NCBI GenBank assembly: GCA_030744875.1
Contig: JASLPR010000030.1
Span: 1 to 63,193 of the forward strand
Source: Chloroflexota bacterium
Lineage (GTDB): Bacteria; Chloroflexota; UBA11872; VXNJ01
Reading direction: 5' to 3'
Length of the DNA stretch: 63,193 nucleotides
The notes beneath the pieces are model-generated. The model made no database searches and had not been told where the DNA came from. It worked only from the letters and a program-made list of their open reading frames with translations. The position numbers and the translations under genes are program-made. This document shows, one piece after another, positions 1-10,908 of this stretch (its first letter is position 1; every line of letters starts with the position of its first letter).

Positions 1-98
1 CCCGAAGAAGATCGACTCCGAGCCGATAAAAGTCCACATCCCCAGCTTGCGCATATCCAGCCCCAGGCTGGTGGGCGGGTACTCGCCATGGGTAGCCA

Positions 99-99
<1 letters not shown>
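1..99 (-). CDS. ctaE: cytochrome c oxidase subunit III, N-terminal part (runs off window)
   Basis: Manual translation gives MATHGEYPPTSLGLDMRKLGMWTFIGSESIFFG (CoxIII-type KLGMW.FI.SE..FF). The ATG overlaps the coxA stop. Confidence 0.85.
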
Positions 100-1918
<1,819 letters not shown>

Positions 1919-1919
<1 letters not shown>

Positions 1920-3130
1920 TAGCGCAGTCCTTCCAGGTAGGCGACAACCGCCGAAATATCATCCTCGACCAGGCCCAGCGCCGGCATCAGCGCCCCCGGC
2001 TTCACTGCCGTCGGCTCGCGGATCCAGTCCGCCAGATTCTCCGGCGTATTTGCCACCGTCCCTGCCCCCAGCGTCTCGCGCAGCCCCATCCCCGTCAGTT
2101 CCGGCCCGATCTGCCCGAAGGTGAACGCCGTCCCCTGGATCGAGTGACACGCCGCGCACTGCGCCGCGAAGATCCCCGCCCCGGCCGACGCCGCAGCCTC
2201 CGCGCTCGGCCCGGTCAATTGCTTCTCGGCCCATTCCTCAAATTCCACCGTCGTCACCACAAACGCCAACAGGCGCATCTGCGCGTGGGCGATTCCGCAG
2301 AATTCCGAACACTGCCCCTGGTAGCGGCCGATCTTCTCCGCCACGAACTTCATCCGGTTCTCGATCCCCGGCACCACGTCAATCTTCCCGGCCAGCTTCG
2401 GAATCCAGAAGCTATGGATCACATCGTTGGCGTGCACCCGCAGGTCGATCTCCCGGCCAATCGGCAGGTACAGCTCGTTGGCCGTCACCACGCCCAATTC
2501 CGGGTAGCTGAACTCCCACCACCACTGGCTCGCCGACACTTCCACCACCAGCGCGCCCTCACCCGGCGCCTCCGCCTGCACCGCCATCGTCTTGAAGGTC
2601 ATCACCGCGATCACCAGCACGATTGCCGCCGGGATTGCCGTCCAGAGCAGCTCCAGCCGGTTATTGCCATGGACCTGTTTGGGGATGTCCTCGTTACCGG
2701 GCCGGCGCCGGTACTTGATCATCGAGAAGATCAGGAACCCCTCGATCAGCACGAAAATCACCAGTGCGATCCAGAGGATCGGCATCAACAAGCCCTGTAC
2801 CAGCCGGGCGTCGTCGCCGGCCGGCTGCATAATTGTTTGCGGTAGCTCCCCGCAGCCGGTCAGCAGCAGCAGGCCGGTCGCCGCAATCAGCGCCAGGCGG
2901 GCGCGGGCCGCGCGCTGGCGCCACCGCGAATCGGAATTCCGTACGCCGGGCGCACTTAAACCAAACAGAACGCTGACTCCCCCAACGACCCCCGTACCCG
3001 CCGGCGGAATGGTCCCGACCAATCCGCGCCGTCTCTTAACTCCCTGAGTCTTTGTTAGCAAACCCCGCCGCGACTCGCCAAAACCAAACCGCCGCTCCGG
3101 CCCCTTCCCGACCAGCTCCCCACCGTACAC
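1919..3130 (-). CDS. ctaC: cytochrome c oxidase subunit II with fused cytochrome c (caa3 type); true start probably downstream of 3130
   Basis: Lipobox LLTGC, QWWW, DVIHSFW, CuA motif CSEFCGIAHAQM, heme c motif CAACH. Confidence 0.95.
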
Positions 3131-3154
3131 ATGCGGACGCCGCGCCGCGTCTAG

Positions 3155-3994
3155 TCAGTTCGTCGAGGGCACGCCGGTCTCGGGCCGATCCGCACCGGTC
3201 TCGCGCGCGAACCAGCGGTAGAACACCACCCCCATCGCCAGCCAGAAGATCAGCTTCCCGGGCACCCACATAATCAGCCCGCTCACCTCCTGGTCGTGCA
3301 GCGCCGACAGCTCCCCTAGCCTCGGCGCCACCGCGTAGGCCTCGTAGATGACCTCCCGCGAGAACGTGATCAACGCTCCCAGCACCGACATCGGAATCGG
3401 CAGCACGAAGAGGTACGGCACCAGCCACTGGACCGGGGCGGCCGGCAGCCGCGTCGAACGACTCAATACCGGCCACCACATCAGGATTCCGGCGGCCATG
3501 AAGCTCAGGTGCTCCAGGTCGTGGATGTGGCGGTCGTGCAGCGCCGCCTCGTAGAGCGGCGGTGCGTGCCAGCCCAGCAGCACCGCCTGCGAAATCACCA
3601 GCGCCGCCACCGGGCGGGTCAACCAGCCAACAATCTCTCGCACCAGCCGGGGCCGCAAGAGCCGGTCCAGCATCCAGCCCGGTACTCCCAGCAAGACCAG
3701 CGGCGCCACCACCAGTACCAGCACCATGTGCTGCAGCATGTGCGCCCAGAACACGTACAGCTCGCCCAGCCCGTCCAACGGCGACTGCAACACGACAAAA
3801 GCGATCGCCAGCGCGGCGAGGAAGCTGTCGGCTCGCCAGCGATTCGACCTGCCTTCCCGCCGCGCCAGCGCATACAGGTAGAGTCCGGCGACGGCCAGCA
3901 GCAGTGCGATCAGCACCGGGTCCAGCAGCCAGCCTGGGAGACTCCCGTCGGCCGGCGCCCGCTCCAGGTGAAACCACCCGCCCCGCCCGGTCAC
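3155..3994 (-). CDS. ctaG: caa3-type cytochrome c oxidase assembly factor CtaG
   Basis: Motifs SPLD...HMLQH...APL..LG, WHAP.LY, H.LEH and DQ..SGLIMWVPG. Lies directly upstream of coxB. Confidence 0.88.
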   Translation of the reverse strand: MTGRGGWFHLERAPADGSLPGWLLDPVLIALLLAVAGLYLYALARREGRSNRWRADSFLAALAIAFVVLQSPLDGLGELYVFWAHMLQHMVLVLVVAPLVLLGVPGWMLDRLLRPRLVREIVGWLTRPVAALVISQAVLLGWHAPPLYEAALHDRHIHDLEHLSFMAAGILMWWPVLSRSTRLPAAPVQWLVPYLFVLPIPMSVLGALITFSREVIYEAYAVAPRLGELSALHDQEVSGLIMWVPGKLIFWLAMGVVFYRWFARETGADRPETGVPSTN

Positions 3995-4199
3995 GGCCGC
4001 GCCGGAGCTGATTTCAAAGACAGTCCCACCGACGGCGTCATCCCGGCCGCTTTCACCTTGATCCGCGTAGTTGCTCCCAATCCCGAGCTAGCAAACCACC
4101 GGCGGTTCGGGCAAATCGAAAGCCCGGTCAGCCGGTCCGAGCAAGCCCCCCGCCCCGCAACATCCACCCGCAACGCCGGCCCCGCCACACCAACCCGGC

Positions 4200-4270
4200 A
4201 ACACTAGCGTCAGGACCACCAGGAAAATGAACGCCATCTGCAGCGTTCGGACCAGCAGATATCTCCGCAT
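4200..4270 (-). pseudogene. 5' remnant of an OppB/DppB-type ABC permease
   Basis: MRRYLLVRTLQMAFIFLVVLTLV is a typical permease start, right after the SBP gene. Similarity stops after ~23 codons. Confidence 0.65.
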
Positions 4271-4342
4271 AGCGGTTACGCGCCGAAGACGATGGGCGCC
4301 GGAGTTACCCGGCGCCTACCGCCTCTAGCGGCGATTCCTTCA

Positions 4343-6412
4343 CTACTCGACCGCCGTTGTCGAAAGCGGCCCGTTCATCGACTGGAAGTAGTTCTGGACT
4401 CCGTCCATAACACTCTCGTAGCCGAAGTTAACGTTGGTCCGCAACGGCTCCAGGATCTGCGTGGTGAACAGCAGCATGTACGGCGACTCGTCCGCCAGGA
4501 TCCGCTGCAACTCGAACGCAATCTCCCTTGCCCGGGTGATGTCGGTCTCGACGATCAGCTGCTCCGCGGCGGCATCGAAATCGGCATTCGTGAAACCGCC
4601 GGCGTTGTTCCGGTCGTCACCAATGAACTCCGAATTGAAGAAGTCGTTCAGGTAGTCCGGGAACACCGTCAGACCCCAACCCAGAATCCACATGTCGAAT
4701 TCCCAGGTGTTGAAGATGATCGGAATCAGCACGTTGAATCCGGACAGCTTCGCCCGGGCCGGGATACCGGCTTCGTTCAACCACTGCTCGATCCAGATCG
4801 CGTAGGTTGCGCGCAGCGGGTCATACCCGGCGCTCGGGGCCACGATCTGCAATTCCGGCACCAACGTGCCGTCCGGCAGACGCAGGCCATTGCCGCGCGG
4901 AACCACCGCGCCGCCAGCCGCGTCCCAGGCCGGCTCGGTGCCCCACGTGAACCCGGCACCCTTGAGAAGTTCGACGACGGCGTTGATCCGCTCTTCGCGG
5001 CTCATGCCCTTGCCCAGCTCCACAACGTCCGGGTTGTACCAGAACCCGTTTCCGGGCGGAACCATCGTGTAGGCCGGATCGGCCACGCCCGCCAGGACGG
5101 TGCCGGTCACATATTCCTTGTCGGTCAGGATGCTGACCGACTGCCGGAAGGCCTTCGAGTCCATCGGCTGCCGGCGGGTGTTGAAGCCCAGGTAGCGGAT
5201 GCCGTTGGGCACGTTGGCGATGATTTTCACGTCCTCGCGGCCGGCCAGTTGCTCCTGGAAGCCACGGGCCAGGCCCAGCGGTGTCAGCATGTAGTCGATC
5301 TCGCCATTCTGCATGGCCAGCACGGCCGCATCCTGGCTCGGGTACACGCTGTAGATCACCGTCGGCGCCGCCGGCGCGCGGGTCACCTCAAGCAGCACAT
5401 CGCCCTCGGCGTCGCCGTAGGCGGTGAACTCGTACTCGCCCGGCAACTCCTCTTTGTACGCGCCGTTCGCGTACTCGGTGTACGTGCTGCCGGAGAAGAA
5501 GTAGTTCTCGTTGGCTTCAACCTGTACGAAAGCTCCACTCTCCCACTTCACGAAGGTCATCTCACCGGCCGTCGGCTCATTCTCCGGCTCAATCGCGAAC
5601 ACCGCCGCGCGCTGCTCCGCCTTGTCTTCCGAAGTCGCCATCGCCTCGGTCAGCAGCGGCTTCCAGAAGTGCTTCGCCACGAACTGCGTGCCCGAGAGGC
5701 CAAACTGCCAGCGCGCCAGGCCCGGAGTCGAATGGAAGTAGTACTTGACCGTGTAGTCGTCCAGCGCTTCCACCATCGCCACCGAGCTCGAGTCAACGAT
5801 GCTGGACCAGTTGCCCTCGACCATCTCGAGTTCGAGCACGGTGTTCACCGAGTAGGCCACGTCGTGGGCCGTAATCGGCTGCCCGTCGCTCCACATTGGC
5901 CCCTGTTTCAGGCTTACTGTCGCGGTAACGAAATACCCCTCTTCGGTGAACGGGCCCGGGAATCCGTCGGCCAGGATCGGTACCCAGTCGAACCGCTGGT
6001 CCGACAGGCCATACAGCGAAGGGTAGCGGTTCAGGAAGGCATAGAAGTTCCACGCCGTCTGCCCCGGCCCAAGCATGTTGAAGAAGTTGTGGGTGGTGAC
6101 GTCCTCGAAGATGCCAATCCGCCACACGTCCGCCTGGCCGGCCGGTGCGTCGTCGTCCATCGGCTCCATCGGCGAGACCTCGACCTCGACGATTGTCTCG
6201 ACCGGAACTTCCTTCTCGACCTCGACGATCCGATCCACCGGAACTTCGACCGGAACTTCGACCTCCACCGGCACCTCAACCTCGACCACTCGCTCCACCG
6301 TTTCGCCCTCACAGCCGGCCACGGCTAGCACGGCCGCTCCGCCCACTCCGAGGACACCCATGCGCCGCATCAACTGGCGTCGACTTAGGTTGTCAATACT
6401 CTTTGGAGACAC
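4343..6412 (-). CDS. ABC transporter family-5 (peptide/nickel-type) substrate-binding lipoprotein, Tat-exported
   Basis: SRRQLM twin-arginine signal, lipobox VAGC, VEVEVP-rich linker, WSDGQPITAHDVAYS (SBP_bac_5), YLGFN.RR.P...AFRQ. Confidence 0.9.
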   Translation of the reverse strand: MSPKSIDNLSRRQLMRRMGVLGVGGAAVLAVAGCEGETVERVVEVEVPVEVEVPVEVPVDRIVEVEKEVPVETIVEVEVSPMEPMDDDAPAGQADVWRIGIFEDVTTHNFFNMLGPGQTAWNFYAFLNRYPSLYGLSDQRFDWVPILADGFPGPFTEEGYFVTATVSLKQGPMWSDGQPITAHDVAYSVNTVLELEMVEGNWSSIVDSSSVAMVEALDDYTVKYYFHSTPGLARWQFGLSGTQFVAKHFWKPLLTEAMATSEDKAEQRAAVFAIEPENEPTAGEMTFVKWESGAFVQVEANENYFFSGSTYTEYANGAYKEELPGEYEFTAYGDAEGDVLLEVTRAPAAPTVIYSVYPSQDAAVLAMQNGEIDYMLTPLGLARGFQEQLAGREDVKIIANVPNGIRYLGFNTRRQPMDSKAFRQSVSILTDKEYVTGTVLAGVADPAYTMVPPGNGFWYNPDVVELGKGMSREERINAVVELLKGAGFTWGTEPAWDAAGGAVVPRGNGLRLPDGTLVPELQIVAPSAGYDPLRATYAIWIEQWLNEAGIPARAKLSGFNVLIPIIFNTWEFDMWILGWGLTVFPDYLNDFFNSEFIGDDRNNAGGFTNADFDAAAEQLIVETDITRAREIAFELQRILADESPYMLLFTTQILEPLRTNVNFGYESVMDGVQNYFQSMNGPLSTTAVE

Positions 6413-6549
6413 TTGCTCTCCCCTAGCGCTAGGTGCTGGCGCCCGCAGTGTCGAAGAAACGACGCTCCCTTATTCGGGGCGCAGCAATACTAGGTGGATC
6501 ACGCACTTCTACTGACCTTCAACCCCCTTGTCAAGCCGGTGGCCTCCCC

Positions 6550-7649
6550 CTACCCGCCGTCCGCACCCGAGTCCTGAAAATTGATCCCGCGCTCGGCCAA
6601 TCCCGGCAGCGGTTCCCGCTCCGTTGCCGTGCCTCGTTGGTACCAGAAAGCCACCGTCGAATAGTCATTGTCCTGGTCGTTGGCGTGGCCGTGTTCCAGC
6701 GTCACCCGAATCGAATTGCGGAACTGGATCGGGTCATTCACCTGGAACCGGTACACCCCGTTCGTCCCCCACCAGTCGAAGCCGCTGCGGTTTTCGATGC
6801 AATGGAAGCCGGTGTAGGGCCCGCTGAACTCCGTCACCGGGCAGGTTCCACCCCCGAATATCTCCTCCGTCCCCGTCCCGTGGAACGACGGCGGAAACTC
6901 CTCCCCATCGATAAAGATCATGTCGTCCCCCTCCCCCCACCACTCCCGCGCCCGGTTCACCACCGTCAGGAAGTAGCCCGCGAACTGGCCATCGTCCTCC
7001 GCATCCAGAATCACGTAGTTGTCATCCCCGGTCAGGTTCACGTTCTGCTCCCAGGGCAGCTTGTCGCCGTGGGTGCGCGGTTCCCTGCGCCACAGCGCGT
7101 GCAGCCGGCCCACATCCTCGGCCGGCTGCTGCTTCCAGCGCTCATAGTCCACATGCACCCAGATACGGGCCTCGGTATCGCCCTGGTTCTCGATTTCGAT
7201 CCGCGCCCCATCGGCGAAGGGCATCGGCAGGTAGCAGTTAAACCCCCAGCCTTCGCGGCCGGCCCGGTCCTTGCCCTCATTGGCTGTAAACGCCAGCGAG
7301 CGCAGCGGCCGCACCTGCCCGTTGCTCACACCGAACAGGTTCCCCAGCGGCGCCTCGATGCTCGCAACCTCGCTGCCGTCCCAGAAGGCCCGCAACACCA
7401 TCCCGCGGAACACATTCATCCTGGGCGCCTCCTGGTCCGGCTCCCGCGAAGACGGCTGCCCTAATAGATATAGGTCCAGTAGAGGTGGCGCACGCACCCC
7501 GCCCCGGCCTCGTCCAGCACCTCCGCCGTCTCTCCCGGCTGAATCATCACCCAGTCTTGGTTCTTGCCGCTCCGATCCCATGTCGAGCTGCGGCGGCTTT
7601 CGACATCGCGCAACTGGTACAGCGGCGCAAACATATCCGCGTGGTTCAT
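6550..7649 (-). pseudogene. DUF2961/GH172 family glycoside hydrolase, split by a frameshift near 7460-7480
   Basis: N-part (RBS GAGGAGG; SRRSSTWDRSGKNQD...GAGCVRHLYWT) ends at TAG 7461. C-part (WDG..S.EAPLG.LFG, NCYLPMPF, WWGEGD, GTGTEE.FG, EHGHAN) is in another frame. Confidence 0.8.
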
Positions 7650-7839
7650 TGGTGGCTCCTCCTCATCCGCCGGCCGGATTCTCGGCGCCAACGCCGCGTT
7701 CTCCGCCCGACCCGATCGCTACCGCGCCCCGCGGAGTCGCCCCGTTAGTCTGGACGGCGCGCGGCGACGGCGAAAGCCACCGGCCCCGCACCCGTGGCTA
7801 AAATTGCCCCGCACCACCACCCCCCGGAGAACAAACCCC

Positions 7840-9078
7840 ATGTCCGCTCCCAATCCCGGCGTCCTCGGACTGGAGCCCAGCTTCGGCTACGGCGACCGGC
7901 TCGGCACCGCCACCCCCGGCCACCTCGAAGCGCACCGCGACCTCGGCGCCGGCATCGCGCCCATCTTCGCCCAGCAGTCCATCCGCGAGATGGAGCGCAC
8001 CGCGCGCTCTGCCGCCGACGTCATGGCCGACGCCGCCAACGCCCTCACCGCCGCGGGCTTCACCGATTCGTGGGGAGCCGACGCCGACCATCTCAAGACT
8101 GCCGCTGACGTCGACGCCACGGCGGCCGCCGGCTACACGTTCTTCACCATCGATCCTTCGGATCACGTCGACATCGCCGCCGACGACTACAGCGCCGCCG
8201 AAGTGGACGAACAATTCGCCGGGGTCCGCTCCGAGATCGACTGGCTCGACACCTACCGGGGCCAGACGGTTGGTTTCGATGGTTTCGAAATCGCTTTCGA
8301 CGAGACCACCGTCCGGCGCGCGGCGGTCAAGTACGGCCGCGCCATCGCCCATTCCCGCCGGCTCGCCGCCCATATCGAAAAGGCGGCCGCCGGCATCCCC
8401 GGCGGGCACGAGATCGAACTCAGCGTCGACGAGACCCCCCAGCCCACCACCCTCGCCGAGCACTACGTAATCGCCGACCAGTGCCGGCGTTCCGGCATGA
8501 ACCTGGTCAGCCTGGCCCCGCGCTACGTCGGCGGGTTCGAAAAAGGAATCGACTACCGCGGCGATCTGGCGGTCCTGGAGCGTTCGCTGGAACGACACAT
8601 GCAGATCGTGCGGCGACTCGGGCCCTACAAGCTCAGTCTGCACTCCGGCTCCGACAAACTCTCCATCTACCCGATCATCGCGCGGGTCACCGGCGGCCTA
8701 TTTCACGTCAAGACCGCCGGCACCAGCTATCTCGAGGCCCTGCGCGCCGTCGCCCGCCACGACCCGGCCCTGCTCCGCCGCGTCGTCGAGTTTTCGCGCG
8801 GCCGTTTCGAGACCGATCGCGCCACCTACCACATCTCCTCCGAGGTCCAGGACGCCGCCGCTCCCACCGAAATCGACTCGGCATCGGATCTTGAGGACAC
8901 CTATCTCAACCGCGATCCCGGCCGCCAGATCCTGCACGTCACATTCGGCTCGGTGCTCACCGATCCCGACCTCTGCCCGGCCATCAAAGCGCTGCTTGAA
9001 GCCGAGCCGGCCACCCATCAGCAGGTCGTCGCCGACCATTTCCGGCGGCACCTGGCGGCGCTGCAAGAAGGCCTTTGA
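7840..9078 (+). CDS. uxaE: tagaturonate/fructuronate epimerase UxaE
   Basis: Motifs SFGYGDRLG.ATPGH, PIFAQQSIREM.RT, WGADADHLKT, FTIDPS, ELSVDET, HSGSDK and HVKTAGTSYLEAL. ATG at 7840. Confidence 0.9.
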   Translation: MSAPNPGVLGLEPSFGYGDRLGTATPGHLEAHRDLGAGIAPIFAQQSIREMERTARSAADVMADAANALTAAGFTDSWGADADHLKTAADVDATAAAGYTFFTIDPSDHVDIAADDYSAAEVDEQFAGVRSEIDWLDTYRGQTVGFDGFEIAFDETTVRRAAVKYGRAIAHSRRLAAHIEKAAAGIPGGHEIELSVDETPQPTTLAEHYVIADQCRRSGMNLVSLAPRYVGGFEKGIDYRGDLAVLERSLERHMQIVRRLGPYKLSLHSGSDKLSIYPIIARVTGGLFHVKTAGTSYLEALRAVARHDPALLRRVVEFSRGRFETDRATYHISSEVQDAAAPTEIDSASDLEDTYLNRDPGRQILHVTFGSVLTDPDLCPAIKALLEAEPATHQQVVADHFRRHLAALQEGL

Positions 9079-9216
9079 ATAGCGCCCCGCCGGGCGGACG
9101 CGTCGTCGAAAATCGCCCCGTTTTGCCCGAAATGCCATAATCCTTCAGCGCGAAGACCGTGCCGTGAGTGAGGGAGCCGGGCCCGCCGGCCGCATTCACC
9201 GCCGTCGCGACGCGAG

Positions 9217-10031
9217 GTGCCATTGAGGAATCCTGGTCGATTTCTGGGACGCCTGGGTCCGGGTCGACTCGTGCTCCTGCTGCTGGTGGCCCTGGCCGCC
9301 GTGGCAACCTACCGGCTGACCACCCACGGATGGCTGGCCGACGAGGAACCCGGAGCGGTTGCTGCTCCCCGGCCCACCATCATCGTCCTCCCCACCGCCA
9401 CCCCACTCCCACCCTGATCGCCGAAGCCCCTGCCCCGGCCGCTCAGGCCATCGCCGCCACCACCGCGTCTCCCGCCGAGCCCATCGATCCGGACGTCGCC
9501 CCCCGCCCCACCACCGCGGTCATGGTTGAATCGCCCACAGCGGTGGCGACGGCCACCCCAACCGCCGCGCTCACCGAGAACGCGACGGCCACCCCGTCCC
9601 CGCCGCCGTTACCATCGCCGATACCGACTGCCGCCGCCACCGCCACGCCGACTCCACTTCCGGCGGAGCCCACCCCGACCGCCACTGCCGCCACCATCCC
9701 CAACCCGGTCAACGGCTGGGTCGCCGCCGCGATACTGGCCCGCGGCATCAACGCCGACCAGTTACCGGTCGATATCGACGATCAGTTCCGCGTCGGGGAG
9801 AACGTCTACGTCGCCACCGAGTTCCGCGACGTACCGTCTGGCGCAACGGTCGGCATCGCCTGGTACCGCGACGGCGTCGAGGTCAGCATCTGGGAGTCCG
9901 GGCCGCAGTTCGGGTTCGAGCGCGCCAACTTCGCGTTCTTCCGGGTGGTCAGCATCGCCGGCGAGCACACGGTGAGCATTTTGATCAACGGCCAGGCGGT
10001 CGCCGGAGCGCGGTTCACCGTCAGCGAATAG
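9217..10031 (+). CDS. membrane-anchored Pro/Thr/Ala-rich protein with C-terminal Ig-like beta domain; apparent 1-nt frameshift in a C-run near 9400
   Basis: ORF 9217-9417 (TM helix + PTATP) and ORF 9168-10031 (TPT repeats + beta domain) join if one C is added in ACCCCACTCCC. Confidence 0.6.
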
Positions 10032-10124
10032 CCGGCCGGCCCCTCCGGGCGCACTCTTCCGAGCCACCCACCCCACCGTTCGTTGGCGCGCCTCGCGCGG
10101 CGGGTTCATAATCGCTGCAATAAA

Positions 10125-10145
10125 TATTTCCCGCGAGGAAAAATA
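10125..10145 (+). promoter_or_regulatory. palindromic operator TATTTCC-N5-GGAAAA upstream of the DtxR/MntR-family gene
   Basis: TATTTCCCGCGAGGAAAAATA in an AT-rich patch. A near-identical site lies upstream of feoA. Confidence 0.65.
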
Positions 10146-10153
10146 AGAGCCCC

Positions 10154-10858
10154 TTGGACAATCAGGACACAAACCGGCCCCGCACTCCACTGCCGGAAAG
10201 CCAGGCCGACCAGGACCAGCTCCGCGAGATCTACCTCGCCGGCGGCGTCGCCGCGCGGGTCCGCATGGGCCACCTAGCGGAAGCGCTCGACCGTCCGCCG
10301 GCCTCGGTCACGGCGGCCATCAAACGGCTCCATGAGGGCGGCTACGTCGACTACCAGCCCTACCACGGCGCGCAGCTCACCGATTCCGGCGCCGAGGCCG
10401 CGGTCGAGTTGGTCCGCCACCATCGCCTCATCGAGCGCTTCCTGGTCGAAATCCTCGGTTATGAATGGGACGACGTCCACGAAGAGGCCGACCGCCTCGA
10501 GCACTCCTTCTCGGAGAAGCTCGAGTACCACATCGCCGAAGTCTTGTCGAATCCCACTTCGGACCCCCACGGAGATTCCATCCCGAGCGCCGACTTGCAG
10601 GCCGTCACCGACGAATCGCGCGCCCTCGCCGGCGTCGATGTCGGCGCTTGGGTACAGGTGGTTCGGGTCCGCGATCGCGACCCGGAGATGCTCGGCTACC
10701 TGGCCGAGATCGGGCTGGTGCCGGGCACCCGGCTGGTGCTGGTCGAGCGCCTGCCCTTCGGCGGTCCGCTGGTGGTCGAGTACGGCGGTCGCACGCAGCC
10801 CATCGGCATCCCGGTGGCTGAGGCGGTCTTCGTCACCCCGCTTGCTTCCGGAGCCTAG
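10154..10858 (+). CDS. DtxR/MntR-family metal-dependent repressor with C-terminal FeoA/SH3-like domain
   Basis: wHTH (LAEAL..PPASVT.AIKRL), RHHRLIERFL, VHEEADRLEH, P..DPHGD.IP, and a FeoA-like tail (YLAEIGLVPG...PFGGP). Confidence 0.92.
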   Translation: MDNQDTNRPRTPLPESQADQDQLREIYLAGGVAARVRMGHLAEALDRPPASVTAAIKRLHEGGYVDYQPYHGAQLTDSGAEAAVELVRHHRLIERFLVEILGYEWDDVHEEADRLEHSFSEKLEYHIAEVLSNPTSDPHGDSIPSADLQAVTDESRALAGVDVGAWVQVVRVRDRDPEMLGYLAEIGLVPGTRLVLVERLPFGGPLVVEYGGRTQPIGIPVAEAVFVTPLASGA

Positions 10859-10908
10859 CCCCTGGCAACCTCCATTCTCCCCATCGCCGGTCCGCGTCCC
10901 GCCGGCCC

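Noticed and set aside
9380-9420. Programmed frameshifting in C-runs (also ~26135)
   Set aside because: Single-base homopolymer slips are more simply explained by sequencing error or decay; no stimulatory signals seen.
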